Positions 22,928-33,815 are shown, counted from the first letter of the stretch. The stretch: 64,000 nt of DNA from Vulcanimicrobiota bacterium (GCA_050250895.1 JBFWNU010000002.1:320001-384000), one strand, 5' to 3'. Notes: a model not told the origin generated them from the sequence alone. A program made the numbers and translations.

Positions 22928-23187
22928 TGTTGAAGCTGCCTGATGAAATACTGCGATTGGCTGGCAAGGGCGACTCGGAATTGCCTAGCTATATCAGCGC
23001 TCTCGTGGTGCTGGACCTCTTCCGCCAGCGCTCGATCTCGGCTGGCAAAGCGGCCGAAGTACTTGGCCTGGACCGCCAGGGCTTCATGGATATCGCTGAC
23101 GAGCATGGCATTCCGCTGGTGAACCTGACCGGCTCCGAAGCCGCCGAGGAGTGGGAGGCCTGGCGAGCCCACAAAGAGCGCGATTGA
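22927..23187 (+). CDS. UPF0175-family antitoxin
   Basis: LF..RSISAGKAAEVLGL.R..F......GIP pattern; TGATG coupling to the XRE gene. Confidence 0.85.
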   Translation: MLKLPDEILRLAGKGDSELPSYISALVVLDLFRQRSISAGKAAEVLGLDRQGFMDIADEHGIPLVNLTGSEAAEEWEAWRAHKERD

Positions 23188-23669
23188 GGATCGTTTCCGA
23201 TGCGGGGCCGATCATCGGCTACGCTCGCACTGGCTACCTTCACCTGTTGCAGGGCATCTTCGGTGAGGTGCTTATCCCTGAGCAGGTCGAGCGGGAGATT
23301 CTGGCAGGGGGCGACCGCCCGGGAGCGCGTGAGATTCGAGAGTTCGACTGGATTCGCACCGTGGCGATCAATAACCAGCGGACCTTTGAGTCCTGCCGAG
23401 CACATCTCGGATCTGGCGAGAGCGCGGCCATCGCGCTGGCGGAGGAACTGCAGCTGCCTCTGCTGCTTGAGGATGGAGCGGGTCGACGCACGGCCAGGAC
23501 TTTCAAAGTCCCGGTTGTCATTGGCACCAAGACGGTCGCCGAGGAGGCCCTCCACCAGCAACTGATTCCCCGTGCCAGTGATCTTCTCGAGGCATTGCGA
23601 TTCCAGCGCTACCGCCTCAGCAAGGCCGTCGTCAACGAGATTCTGACCCAGGTTGCGCAGCCCCACTGA
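23184..23669 (+). CDS. DUF3368/PIN-domain toxin
   Basis: IVSDAGPII, IPEQVERE, LGSGESAAIALA and LLED..GR..A motifs; TTGA coupling. Confidence 0.85.
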   Translation: MRIVSDAGPIIGYARTGYLHLLQGIFGEVLIPEQVEREILAGGDRPGAREIREFDWIRTVAINNQRTFESCRAHLGSGESAAIALAEELQLPLLLEDGAGRRTARTFKVPVVIGTKTVAEEALHQQLIPRASDLLEALRFQRYRLSKAVVNEILTQVAQPH

Positions 23670-23734
23670 GCCGCCGGCTCCAACCCGTCAACGGCCACGA
23701 CGGCCGCCCTTCACCGACAATTTGAAAGGCCCAA

Positions 23735-23820
23735 GCGGCGAAGCCGCGCCAGGGCTACGACGCGCAGCGTCGAGTACCTCAAAGACCCGAGCCGTAGCGC
23801 AGCGAAGGCTCGCTCCCCTC
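23735..23820 (-). repeat. ~86-nt triple-hairpin element, copy A, immediately 3' of the HNH gene
   Basis: Reverse complement aligns to 33931-34017 (about 5 mismatches and 1 gap over the last ~53 nt). Confidence 0.8.
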
Positions 23821-23833
23821 TGGCGCAGCCCCA

Positions 23834-24964
23834 TCAGCTCTCGAACTTGCGGCCCTCGCGGTCTCGGAAGGTCAGCCCGTCCGGGGCCGTCCCTTCGATG
23901 AAGAGAAAGCCGTCGTGGACATTGCGATGGCAACCCGTGCACAGGAAAATCAGGTTGGCCGGCATCGTCAGGCCGCCCAGAGCGAAGAAGCGGATGTGGT
24001 GGGATTGCAACCAGATATGGTTCGGGCAGTCGGGAGTCTGGCAGCAGTAGCAGTCGCGAATCTTCAGGGCTTCGGTCTGGGCGGGCGTGAGCCCGCGGGC
24101 GTCAGGATTGAACTTCAGCTTCGGCGAGACCTCCCAATGGGCGTCGGCCTGGCGAGCGAGCTGCACGCTAGCGTTGCCGGGGCACTCTTCACCATCGACT
24201 GCCGTGGTGGCCATGAAGAACTCGTCCCCCGGGGGACGAAGGCCCAGCTCCTGAGCCAACTCATGGGCCGTCTGGATGGGTCCGGCCAATTTGCGCCGGC
24301 GCGAGGCGGCAACCGCAGCGGCACGGGCGCGCATCGCTTCGAGGTCTTTGTCTTTGACCGGAGCGGCTTGTAGACGCTGGGCGAGCAAATAGGCCAGGGC
24401 CTCTTTGAGTTCGACCTTGCGCCCCAGCTCGAGGGAAAGCGAATGCAAGACCAACTTCAGCAGTTCGCTCGTCTCGGGGTCGAGATGCAAAGTGATTTCT
24501 TCGCTCTCAATCTTGGTCGGGGGCAGTTCGCCGGGTAGGCCCCCTTTGGGAGTGGCGGCCACCAGTCGGCGAATCACCGAGGTGGAATAAAGCGAAGCCA
24601 GCTCGAGCCAAAGCTTTTCGGTTTCGGGGGTGGCTTTGCTGGCGATCTCGCGCAGCTTGGCCCAACCGATGTCGCCCCGCTCAGCGGCCCCGGTGAGCTG
24701 AGGCAGGACTTCGAGTTGGCGGGCCACGCGGCGACAGGCGTTGGCCTCTTTCTTGGTCACTCCCAGCAGGCGGATGGCGTAGTGGATGGGGCCGCTGCAG
24801 CCGTAGTCTTGATAGCCACCGGTGGCTTGAAGGGCCAGCAGGCACCGTCCCAGGAGGATGCGGTGAATGACCAGGCCGGTGGCCGAGCGGCGGGCCATGT
24901 GGTGGAGGGCTTCGGGTTCGAGGGCGATGAGGGCTTCGCGGGTGTGTTCTTGAAGAGGTTTCAT
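23834..24964 (-). CDS. HNH endonuclease with long helical N-terminal region (DUF222-like architecture)
   Basis: C-terminal RD...CQTPDC...HHI...GG.T...NL..LC..CH..VH motif. Confidence 0.88.
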   Translation of the reverse strand: MKPLQEHTREALIALEPEALHHMARRSATGLVIHRILLGRCLLALQATGGYQDYGCSGPIHYAIRLLGVTKKEANACRRVARQLEVLPQLTGAAERGDIGWAKLREIASKATPETEKLWLELASLYSTSVIRRLVAATPKGGLPGELPPTKIESEEITLHLDPETSELLKLVLHSLSLELGRKVELKEALAYLLAQRLQAAPVKDKDLEAMRARAAAVAASRRRKLAGPIQTAHELAQELGLRPPGDEFFMATTAVDGEECPGNASVQLARQADAHWEVSPKLKFNPDARGLTPAQTEALKIRDCYCCQTPDCPNHIWLQSHHIRFFALGGLTMPANLIFLCTGCHRNVHDGFLFIEGTAPDGLTFRDREGRKFES

Positions 24965-24970
24965 ACGTCT

Positions 24971-25011
24971 ATTTTAGCGAGGCGAAGGCTGTTCGAGCAA
25001 AAGATCGAACA
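24971..25011 (-). promoter_or_regulatory. Promoter of the HNH gene with overlapping inverted repeat
   Basis: Minus strand TTGCTC-N18-TAAAAT-N6-ATG; TGTTCGA-N8-TCGAACA at 24990-25011 straddles the -35. Confidence 0.55.
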
Positions 25012-25323
25012 CGCCCAAATGGCTTGGTTATAGGCTTTTTCGGTTGTCTGTGTGATGATGTCCGGCTTTGGAGCGAGGCTCGATGGCGCGAAAGTCAAAA
25101 TTCCGGCTGGAGGCGCTGTGAGGGGAATTCCAGCGCCTTTGAGAGGGCGTTTGGGTGACGGATCGTTGGGCGGCGTTCTTGTGCCGATGATAGACTTTTT
25201 TGAGAAAAATCCTCCGGGGGACCATTCGCGCCGACCCGGGTCTTTAGTCGCGGTCCGCCGGGGGACCGCCGCCGCTCGCCGTGGTTCTGACTGGTCACCA
25301 GTTCGGACACCGAACTGTTGACC

Positions 25324-25833
25324 CTAAGCCTGCAAAGTACTGGCCACGGTCAGAGCGGTCGCCTCGTCGAGGAGGTCGTCGTGGATTGACAACGTCACCC
25401 GCCAGGTCGTTCCCTTTCGGTTGAGAATGAAGTCGTAGACGGCACTTTCTCGAGTCTTGGTGATGAAGACGAAGCCGCAACCGGCCTGGTGGTGGATAGC
25501 GTGGACAGATGCCCGCAAGTCCTGCAACCACAACATCCAATCGCTCGGGATAGTCCCGACCTTTCGCTCCACCAGGACATCCGAGGCGAACTCATGGGGT
25601 TCGCGTTTGAACTGAACGAAATGCGGTTGGCTGGTGGAGGTGCTGACGCTTAGAGCGGGCGGAAGCTTGAGTCTCCACTCGTCACCGCCGATCTCGAGCC
25701 AGTCTGGTCCAGGCTCCAAGTCTATCTGGATGGGGGTCACCAAGCTCTTGAGTCGCCTGGCTGCGACTGCCAGGGAGACTAGCGCCATCAGCCAGCCGGC
25801 TGTCTCGAGCCCGACTACCGCCGAGAAGGTCAC
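25324..25833 (-). CDS. Hypothetical membrane-anchored protein
   Basis: N-terminal TM helix; directly follows the coiled-coil gene. Confidence 0.6.
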   Translation of the reverse strand: MTFSAVVGLETAGWLMALVSLAVAARRLKSLVTPIQIDLEPGPDWLEIGGDEWRLKLPPALSVSTSTSQPHFVQFKREPHEFASDVLVERKVGTIPSDWMLWLQDLRASVHAIHHQAGCGFVFITKTRESAVYDFILNRKGTTWRVTLSIHDDLLDEATALTVASTLQA

Positions 25834-25839
25834 TCCCTG

Positions 25840-26667
25840 CTAGAGTCCGGCCAGGTTCTCCTGGGCGCGGGCTTTCCATTCGAGTTCGCTGGCTTGAGCG
25901 CGGGTTACCCGGGCCTGATGGGTCGAGTTGTCGGCCTGGCGGTTGAAGTCGTCGGCTTTGGCGTCGGTGGCGGCTGCTTCGGCCCCGAGCTTGTTGGCCT
26001 GGCTGACTAGAAATTGCTGGCGGGTGGTGGTGTCCTGGATGGAAAGGACTACGGTGGCCGCCTGGCTGCGCAGCGAGGCGACCTCCTGGCCGGCGGCGCT
26101 GACGGCATGCTGAAAGCCGCTGGCGGTCTTGAGGTGGCTGTCGGCCAGGGCGATGAGGGCGAAGGCCCCTTCCAGGGCGCATGTGTCGCCGTTGGCGCCG
26201 GCCAGCAGCTTTTCGCCCTGGTAGCGATAGAGAATTCCTTCTTGTTCGGCGTCCGAGGCGTCTTCGCGAGCCTGGGCGGCGCGTTGTTCGGCGGCGGCGA
26301 TGGCGGCTTCGAGCTGGTTTTTCTTGGCCGTCTGGGCGGTGACTTGATTGGTCAATTCGGTGGCTTCGCCTTTGGCCTGATCGGCGGTGACGTGCTGGAA
26401 ACCGGCGGTCGAGTGTTGCTCAGCCGCTTTGTTGCGCTGAGTCGAGGCGTCGCTATCCAGGGTCTCGGCCTTGGCATTGAGGTCGGCTGCCTGCGAACGA
26501 AGCTTGGCCGCGCTTTCTTTGAGGGTGGTAGGGTTGAGCCCGACCACCACCTTGTCTTCGGTGACGATGACCTCGACGGGGGCGTCGGCCAGCGAGGCGG
26601 CGCGAGCGACCAGGTTGGCGAGAGGGGAAGCAAGTGGAGAGCTGTCTGGCGTGCTAGGTAGAATCAT
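25840..26667 (-). CDS. Ala-rich coiled-coil protein
   Basis: Heptad-like A/Q/K-rich sequence with good codon bias. Confidence 0.7.
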   Translation of the reverse strand: MILPSTPDSSPLASPLANLVARAASLADAPVEVIVTEDKVVVGLNPTTLKESAAKLRSQAADLNAKAETLDSDASTQRNKAAEQHSTAGFQHVTADQAKGEATELTNQVTAQTAKKNQLEAAIAAAEQRAAQAREDASDAEQEGILYRYQGEKLLAGANGDTCALEGAFALIALADSHLKTASGFQHAVSAAGQEVASLRSQAATVVLSIQDTTTRQQFLVSQANKLGAEAAATDAKADDFNRQADNSTHQARVTRAQASELEWKARAQENLAGL

Positions 26668-26836
26668 CCTCACTCTATTATGAGCTGTAAGGGGTCGATT
26701 TTTGTTGCCAATCTGTTGCCGCCCGGACAGGTCACCGATCCGAGATTTGTCAGAACGGTCATATAACGGTTACTTCTGCGTGTTGACCCCGGTTTAGACT
26801 GCCAACGGGCCCACCAGGCCCATAGAGAGGTGCGTC

Positions 26837-29047
26837 ATGATCACAACCATCAAGAGCAGTCCGACTATTGCTCCTCACATCGCGGCCAAAGCCGCCGAGC
26901 CCCTGGACCGCTTCGAGCCCTCCCGCGATTCTTTCTCGGTGGCCGAGGCCATCGATGCTTCTTCGGCCGAGGCGGCTTCGCTGCGCCTGAAGATGGCCGA
27001 CGAGGAGTATGTCCCCGGAGAAGTGCTGGTCAGGATGGCCCCCGGCCTCAAGGCCGCCAGTCTCGAAACTTTCGCCGCCGATTATGGCGCCAAGGTGAAG
27101 TGCCACTTCGATGTGCCTGCCAGCATGCTGGCCGCCATCGGGGGCGAGATGATGTCTTTGTCGTTGCCCGAGAGTCTCGATGTGGCCGGAGCGCTGGCCG
27201 CCATGCGGCGCGACCCGCGGGTGGCGGTGGCCGAGTCCAACGACATTTTGCACGCCGTGGTCGACCACCCCGAGCCGGTGACCCCCAACGATCTCGACGG
27301 CAAGCTCTGGGGGCTTTCCAACACCGGTCAAGACGGCGGCATCGCCGGGGTCGACTGCAAGGCCAGCCTGGCCTGGAACATCAGTACCGGCACCAACGAG
27401 GGTCCGGTGGTGGCGGTCATCGACACCGGAGTCGACTTCGAGCATCGCGATCTGCGCAACAACATCTGGCGCAATCCCAATGAGGCGGCCGACGGGGCTG
27501 ATACCGACGGCAACGGGGTGATTGACGATCTGGTCGGCTACAACGCCATCGACGACAGCGGCAACCCCACCGACGAGAACGGTCACGGCACTCATTGCGC
27601 CGGCACGATCGGGGCCGAGGGCAACAACGGAACCGGAGTAGTTGGCGTCAACTGGCGAGCCCGGGTCATGCCGTTGCGCTTCCTGGGCGCGACCGGTTCG
27701 GGCACCACCGAAGACTCGATCAAGTGCGTGCTCTACGCCTCGAAGATGGGGGCCAAGATCACCTCCAACTCGTGGGCCGGCTTCAAATACAACCAGGTTC
27801 TCTATGATGCGATGGCCGCTTCGCCCGCGCTGCATGTGTGCGCCGCCGGCAACGAAGGCTACAACAACGATGTGCGCCCGGTGTATCCGGCTTCCTACGA
27901 GTTGGACAACATCATTTCGGTGGCCGCTCATGATCGCCAGGACCGCCTGGCCAGCTTCTCCAACAGCGGCTCGGGCTCGGTGGATCTGGCCGCTCCCGGC
28001 GTGGACATCTACTCGACCAAGCCGAGTAACGCCTACCAGAGCTTGAGCGGCACCTCCATGGCCACGCCCCATGTGGCCGGCGTGGCTACGCTGGTCGCTT
28101 CAGCCTACCCCGATGCCACGCCCGAGGACATCAAGCGGCGGATCCTCTCGGGGGTCGATCAGATGCCCCAGCCGTGGGCCGGTCGTCTGACCACGGGTGG
28201 TCGCCTCAACGCCCTCAAAGCGCTCGAGAACGACCAGGTCGCACCGGCTCCGGCCTCCGACCTGGCGGTCAAGCAGATCGGCACCGAGTCGGCCCAGCTG
28301 CAGTGGACGGCCACCGGTGACGACGGGACCGAGGGGCACGCTAATGGATACGAGCTGCGCTACTCTGACCATCCCATCGTGGACGGCGAGGCCGCGCCTG
28401 GTCAGGTCGGATTTGACCAGGCCACCAAGGTGCGCATCGAGGCTCCCAAAGACTCGGGTCAACTCGAGTCGACGGTGGTCAAGTTCGCTCCTTCGGGCCA
28501 GGAGCGCAAGATGTATTTCTCTCTGAAAGTCATCGATAACGTCGGCAACCGCTCGCCGGCCCAGACCGTCGAGGTGGCCGTGCCCACCACGCCAGTGGTG
28601 CTCGAGGATAACATGGACGGCCAGCGCTCCGAATGGACCGCCGATGCTGGCTGGGCTCGTGTCGAGGTTGAAGGTCGCGGTCAGGTCTGGACCGATAGCC
28701 CGGCTGGTGATTACGACGCCAACTACGACGGGGCCATCACTTCCAAGGAGTTCTCTCTGGAAGGCCTCAAGAACAGCAAGCTCAACATCGACCTGAAATA
28801 TGATGTCGAGCAGAAGCACGACGCCGTTACCGTCGAGGTCTACGGCAGCAGTTGGTGGATGCGTAAATGGCGACAGGTAGCTTCTTTCGACGGCATTGAC
28901 GCTTGGAAGACTCACCAGATCGACATCTCGAAGTATGACGGACAGAAAGACCTCAAGGTCAGAGTGCGCCTCGAGACCGACAGTTCTCGTCACCGTGACG
29001 GGGTCTATGTCGACAACGTCGTCATCACCGGCGAGCCCGACAAATGA
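26837..29047 (+). CDS. S8 subtilase paralog 2
   Basis: [12 protein letters not shown] and GTSMATPHV motifs; same domain order as paralogs 1 and 3. Confidence 0.95.
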   Translation: MITTIKSSPTIAPHIAAKAAEPLDRFEPSRDSFSVAEAIDASSAEAASLRLKMADEEYVPGEVLVRMAPGLKAASLETFAADYGAKVKCHFDVPASMLAAIGGEMMSLSLPESLDVAGALAAMRRDPRVAVAESNDILHAVVDHPEPVTPNDLDGKLWGLSNTGQDGGIAGVDCKASLAWNISTGTNEGPVVAVIDTGVDFEHRDLRNNIWRNPNEAADGADTDGNGVIDDLVGYNAIDDSGNPTDENGHGTHCAGTIGAEGNNGTGVVGVNWRARVMPLRFLGATGSGTTEDSIKCVLYASKMGAKITSNSWAGFKYNQVLYDAMAASPALHVCAAGNEGYNNDVRPVYPASYELDNIISVAAHDRQDRLASFSNSGSGSVDLAAPGVDIYSTKPSNAYQSLSGTSMATPHVAGVATLVASAYPDATPEDIKRRILSGVDQMPQPWAGRLTTGGRLNALKALENDQVAPAPASDLAVKQIGTESAQLQWTATGDDGTEGHANGYELRYSDHPIVDGEAAPGQVGFDQATKVRIEAPKDSGQLESTVVKFAPSGQERKMYFSLKVIDNVGNRSPAQTVEVAVPTTPVVLEDNMDGQRSEWTADAGWARVEVEGRGQVWTDSPAGDYDANYDGAITSKEFSLEGLKNSKLNIDLKYDVEQKHDAVTVEVYGSSWWMRKWRQVASFDGIDAWKTHQIDISKYDGQKDLKVRVRLETDSSRHRDGVYVDNVVITGEPDK

Positions 29048-31146
29048 CGCGTCAGGACCTGAGCGAGTTCTTCGGCTTTGACCGGCTTGGTAATGTAGTC
29101 GTTCATCCCGGCCGCCAGACACTCGTTGCGGTCCTCTGCGCTGGCGTTGGCAGTGACGGCAACAATCGGCAGTCGCTCTAGCCCGCGGGCGCGAATCCGG
29201 CGGGTGGCCTCGAGGCCGTCCATTTCTGGCATCTGACAATCCATCAAGACGAGATTGTAAGAGGACAGGTGGACGGCCTCGACTGCTTCCTGCCCATTGG
29301 CTACCACGTCACACACGAACCCCCGCTTCTCGAGCAGGCGGAGCAGGTATTTCTGATTGATGAAGTTGTCCTCGGCCACCAGAATGCGGTGACCCGGCCC
29401 GGCGCGGACGGGGCGGTCGGGGGCTTTCCCCGGCTGGGTCAGCTCGAGCAACTCGCCGACGACCCGCCGCAGGCTGTCGTGGCGCGCCGGTTTGGTCAGG
29501 ATGTCGTCAAACAACCCCTCGGTCACAAGCTGTCCCGGATCACTGGTCATCAACAGCAGGCGCATCGACGACCCGCATCGAGCCCTCAACTCGCCGGCTA
29601 GTTGGAGCCCATCCATTCCTGGCATGCGAAAGTCGATCAGCGCTAGCGAAAAGCTTCTCCCACGGTCGATCAGGCCCAGCGCTTCCAGGCTGTCGACGGC
29701 TGTCGAGACTTGAAGTCCCCAGCTGGTCAATAGTCGATCGTAGATGCGGCGATTGGTGGGATGGTCGTCCACCACCAGGACGCGATGATCTCGGCCGAAA
29801 GACCACTCCTCTTGGGGCATTGGGCTTCCTGGTGGCAGCGGAATCTCGAACCAGAAAGTAGAGCCGTGTCCGACCTTGCTGCTGCAACCGATTTCGCCCC
29901 CCATGGCCTGGCACAATCGCCTGCAAATGGCTAGTCCCAGACCCGTTCCGCCGAATTGGCGCGAAGTGGACGAGTCTACCTGAGAAAACGACTGGAATAG
30001 GCGCCCCATTTTCTCTTCGGGGATGCCGATGCCGGTGTCGACGACTTCAAAACGCAGCCAACCCTTTTTCAATGGCTTGACTTCGAGGCCGACACTGCCC
30101 TCGGGAGTGAACTTGATCGCATTGGATAGTAGATTGAGCAGAATCTGACGCAGCCGGGTCGGATCGCCACGGACCCAGTCGGCGATCTGGGGGTCGATCG
30201 AGACGGGCAGACCAAGATTCCTTTCTCGGGCTTTGAGCGAGACGATTTCGATAACGTCTTCGAGGCATCTGCCCAGCCTGAAATCGAGTTCTTCGAGTTC
30301 CATCATGTCGGCTTCCAGCTTCGAGAAATCGAGGATGTCGTTGATGAGGGCCAGCAAGGCCTCGCCGGAGCGATTGATGGTCTCGGCAAAATCTCGCTGT
30401 TCGAGGTCGAGTTCCGTATCGAGTAGAAGCCCGGTCATTCCCAGCACACCGTTGAGGGGAGTTCGAATCTCGTGGCTCAGGGTGGCCAGAAATGTGCTCT
30501 TGACCTGGTTGGCCCGCTCCGCCTCGCGTCGGGCCCGGTCGAGTTCCCAGGCCTGGCGTCGCAGCATCTCTCGGTCTTCGAGTGCTTTGATGATCCAACG
30601 GTTTTGGCGCACCGCTTGCGACCAGAGAAAGATACCGTAGATCACGATCACGGTGGGCTCGGAGGCCGATTGGACCGCCACCCCTGCCAGCGCCGCGGGG
30701 GCCAGCAACAGCCACAAGAAGTTTCTGAGGATGGTGCGATGGGAGGAAAGGGAGCCAGTCCCACCCGAGCCGATGCCAGCGGTGGTTAAGAGCACGAACA
30801 GCGAGGTCCACTCCCCCGGATAGCGATAGACGGCCAGAGCCGCTAACCCGCCCCAGGTCGCCGCCGCCAGGTAGGTGCTCCAGGCAAAGCGCTGGAGCCA
30901 GTGCGCGGGAGCCTCGTGGTAGTGCTCGAGCATCCTGGTGTAGGTCCAGAATCGAGCTGCTCCCAGGGCGGTCATCAATCCCAGCAACAAGCCGATCTCG
31001 ATCGGATAGTCCCGGAACATCGAGGTCGAGAAGGCGACCGCCAGACCCAATAGCGGATAGACGACGGCAGACTCGGGTGATCGTCGCGCTAGAGTCAGAT
31101 CGGCTTCTGCCTGGACGCTGGAACGAAGCATGCGATCGTTGGTCAC
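29005..31146 (-). CDS. Membrane hybrid sensor histidine kinase with two receiver domains
   Basis: Multiple TM helices; [10 protein letters not shown]-box; N, G1 and G2 boxes; two REC domains (VVDD..D, VAED..DCQMP). Confidence 0.95.
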   Translation of the reverse strand: MTNDRMLRSSVQAEADLTLARRSPESAVVYPLLGLAVAFSTSMFRDYPIEIGLLLGLMTALGAARFWTYTRMLEHYHEAPAHWLQRFAWSTYLAAATWGGLAALAVYRYPGEWTSLFVLLTTAGIGSGGTGSLSSHRTILRNFLWLLLAPAALAGVAVQSASEPTVIVIYGIFLWSQAVRQNRWIIKALEDREMLRRQAWELDRARREAERANQVKSTFLATLSHEIRTPLNGVLGMTGLLLDTELDLEQRDFAETINRSGEALLALINDILDFSKLEADMMELEELDFRLGRCLEDVIEIVSLKARERNLGLPVSIDPQIADWVRGDPTRLRQILLNLLSNAIKFTPEGSVGLEVKPLKKGWLRFEVVDTGIGIPEEKMGRLFQSFSQVDSSTSRQFGGTGLGLAICRRLCQAMGGEIGCSSKVGHGSTFWFEIPLPPGSPMPQEEWSFGRDHRVLVVDDHPTNRRIYDRLLTSWGLQVSTAVDSLEALGLIDRGRSFSLALIDFRMPGMDGLQLAGELRARCGSSMRLLLMTSDPGQLVTEGLFDDILTKPARHDSLRRVVGELLELTQPGKAPDRPVRAGPGHRILVAEDNFINQKYLLRLLEKRGFVCDVVANGQEAVEAVHLSSYNLVLMDCQMPEMDGLEATRRIRARGLERLPIVAVTANASAEDRNECLAAGMNDYITKPVKAEELAQVLTRHLSGSPVMTTLST

Positions 31147-31388
31147 GACTCTCTTCTCGGAGGTTTGCCTCGCGGCTTAAGTCGCTGCACGCCGCGCCGC
31201 TCGCGGGACGCCTTGTCGGCCCCCTGGCCCGCGGCTTGTCGGGGCGCACCCTTAAACAATCATGAAAATGTTCATACGTAGTTCAAAACATGGCCCGTTC
31301 AAATCAATATTCTCCTTCTAGACGTCTCACCGGCCCGTGCTACAGGGGCCAGTTTAAACCGATAAAACCCAACAACATCTAGGAGAGT

Positions 31389-33716
31389 ATGATGATTTCC
31401 CAAATCCGCCCTCAGACCTATGTCTCGTCCACGCCCAGCGCTCGCGCTGCCGCTCCCGCGGCCCAGCAAGAAGCCGCTGCCCCTTCCGAGTCGGTGTCCC
31501 TTTCCGGCGCCGCCCCTCGGGTCGACCTGGCTGGCGTTCTTTCCGCCACCGCCAAAGAAGCTGCTTCGCTCGCTTCCAAACTTCCTGAGCACGTCGAAGG
31601 CGAAGTGCTCGTCAAGCTCGGCCCCAACGCCTCGCTCGACGCCATGACCGACTTCGCCAGCGACTACGGCGCGACGATGATCGAGAAGTTCGATGTTCCC
31701 CAGAACATGTTCAAAGCTTTCAACGGTGAGCTCGTTCACCTGAAGCTGCCCGCCGGCATGTCCACCGCCCAGGCGATGGCCGCCATGGACAAAGACCCCC
31801 GCGTCCAGTACGCCGCTTCCAACGACATCCTGCACACCCTCGGCAACGCCGAGCCGGTGGTTCCCAATGACCTCGACAGCCGCCTCTGGGGCATGAACAA
31901 CACCGGTCAGACCGGCGGAACCGCCGATGCCGACATCGACGCTCCTGAAGCCTGGTCGATCACGACCGGCAAAGGCGCCGCCGAGAACGGCCCCGTCATC
32001 GCCGTCATCGACACCGGCGTCGACTACAGCCACCCCGACCTCCAGGCCAACGTCTGGGTCAACCCTAACGAGATTCCTGGCGACGGCATCGACAACGACA
32101 ACAACGGCGTCATCGACGACGTGCACGGCTACAACGCCACCAACGACAGCGGCGACCCGATGGACGACAACGACCATGGCTCGCACTGCTCCGGCACCAT
32201 CGCCGGCCGCGGCAACAACGGCGAAGGCGTCGTTGGCGTGAACTGGAACGCCCAGGTTATGGGTGTCAAGTTCCTCACCGGTTCCGGCTCCGGCACCCTG
32301 GCCGACGCCATCAAAGGCGTGATGTATGCCAGCCAGAACGGCGCCCGCATCACCTCCAACAGCTGGGGTGGCGGTGGCTTCAACCAGGCCCTCAAAGATG
32401 CTCTGGCCGCTTCCCCGGCTCTGCACATCTTCGCGGCTGGTAACGAGAGCAACGACGACGACCGTCGTCCTACCTACCCGAGCGCTTTCGACCTCGACAA
32501 TATCGTCTCGGTCGCCGCTACCGACCACAACGACCAGCTGGCCAGTTTCTCGAACTACGGCGCCACCAGCGTCGACCTGGCTGCCCCTGGCGTGGACATT
32601 CTGTCCTCGACCCCCGGTGGCACCTACCAGAGCTTCAGCGGAACCTCGATGGCCACTCCTCACGTGGCTGGCGTGGCTGGCCTCATCGTCAGCCAGTTCC
32701 CCGAGATCAGCAACGAAGAGCTCAAGTCGCGCCTGATGAACAGCGTCGACAAGAAGCCCCAGCTCGAAGGCCGCGTGCTTTCCGGTGGTCGCCTCAACGC
32801 CTTCAACGCTCTCGAAGAAGACAACATCGCCCCGGGCGCTCCCAACGACTTCCGTGGCACTTCCGAAGCCCCCGGCGGCGCGGTCCTCAACTTCACCGCC
32901 ACCGGTGACGACGGCTGGTGCGGCCAGGCCAACGGCTACGTGCTGCGCGTCAGCGACCGTCCCATCGTCGAGGGTGAGGCCGCCGAAGGCCAGACCAGCT
33001 TCGACGCCGCTAGCCCCATCGCCACCAACGCCCCCAGCGTGACCGGCACCATCGAGAACATCCCCGTGTCCCTGCCCCTCTCGGGCCAGGAGCGCACCTA
33101 CCACTTCGCGATGAAGGTGAAAGACAACGTCGGCAACCTGAGCGAGATCCGCACCACCAGCGTCACCGTTCCGGCCGCGACCGTAGCCTTCGAAGACACC
33201 ATCGACGGCGACACCAGCAACTGGAGCACCGAGAGCTGGGGTCAGGTGGAAGTCGACGGCCGCAAAGCCTGGACCGACTCCCCGAACGGCGACTACGGCA
33301 ACGACCAGAACAGCGCGCTGACCACCCGCGAGATCAGCCTCGGCCAACTGCGCGGCAGCACCTTGATGTTCGACTCGAAGTACGCTCTCGAGAACCGCTA
33401 CGACAAAGTCGCGGTCGAGATCGGTGAAGTCGCTCCTCCTCCGCCGCAGGATCCCGGTCAGGGCGGCGGCGGCCAGACCAAAGAGGTCATCAGCTGGAAC
33501 AAAGTTGCCGAGTTTACCGGCAGCTCCGACTGGGCCACCAACTCCATCGACCTGTCGGCTTACGATGGCAAGAACGTCCAGATCCGTTTCCGCCTCACCT
33601 CCGACGGTTCCGTCAACCAGGACGGCTTCTACCTGGACAACGTCGTCATCGCTGGCGACCGCGCTCCCGAGCAGCCTCCTCAGCAGCCCCCCCAGCAGCC
33701 CCCCACCCAGGGCTAA
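31389..33716 (+). CDS. S8 subtilase paralog 3 with Pro/Gln-rich tail
   Basis: VIDTG, HGSHCSG and GTSMATPHV motifs; AGGAG RBS; strong codon bias. Confidence 0.95.
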   Translation: MMISQIRPQTYVSSTPSARAAAPAAQQEAAAPSESVSLSGAAPRVDLAGVLSATAKEAASLASKLPEHVEGEVLVKLGPNASLDAMTDFASDYGATMIEKFDVPQNMFKAFNGELVHLKLPAGMSTAQAMAAMDKDPRVQYAASNDILHTLGNAEPVVPNDLDSRLWGMNNTGQTGGTADADIDAPEAWSITTGKGAAENGPVIAVIDTGVDYSHPDLQANVWVNPNEIPGDGIDNDNNGVIDDVHGYNATNDSGDPMDDNDHGSHCSGTIAGRGNNGEGVVGVNWNAQVMGVKFLTGSGSGTLADAIKGVMYASQNGARITSNSWGGGGFNQALKDALAASPALHIFAAGNESNDDDRRPTYPSAFDLDNIVSVAATDHNDQLASFSNYGATSVDLAAPGVDILSSTPGGTYQSFSGTSMATPHVAGVAGLIVSQFPEISNEELKSRLMNSVDKKPQLEGRVLSGGRLNAFNALEEDNIAPGAPNDFRGTSEAPGGAVLNFTATGDDGWCGQANGYVLRVSDRPIVEGEAAEGQTSFDAASPIATNAPSVTGTIENIPVSLPLSGQERTYHFAMKVKDNVGNLSEIRTTSVTVPAATVAFEDTIDGDTSNWSTESWGQVEVDGRKAWTDSPNGDYGNDQNSALTTREISLGQLRGSTLMFDSKYALENRYDKVAVEIGEVAPPPPQDPGQGGGGQTKEVISWNKVAEFTGSSDWATNSIDLSAYDGKNVQIRFRLTSDGSVNQDGFYLDNVVIAGDRAPEQPPQQPPQQPPTQG

Positions 33717-33778
33717 GCAGAGGCTAGTCGCCTAGCGTCGAGACGGTAGACGTCAGACGGTAGACGGTAGCTAACAGG

Positions 33779-33806
33779 ACCCCGTGACTTCGGTCACGGG
33801 GTTTTT
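33779..33806 (+). terminator. Intrinsic terminator after S8 paralog 3
   Basis: ACCCCGTGAC-TTCG-GTCACGGGGT-TTTT. Confidence 0.88.
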
Positions 33807-33815
33807 CGCTTGTTC

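Noticed and set aside
23834-24964. IscB/Cas9/TnpB-type RNA-guided nuclease
   Set aside because: No RuvC motifs or PLMP N-terminus visible; only a C-terminal HNH
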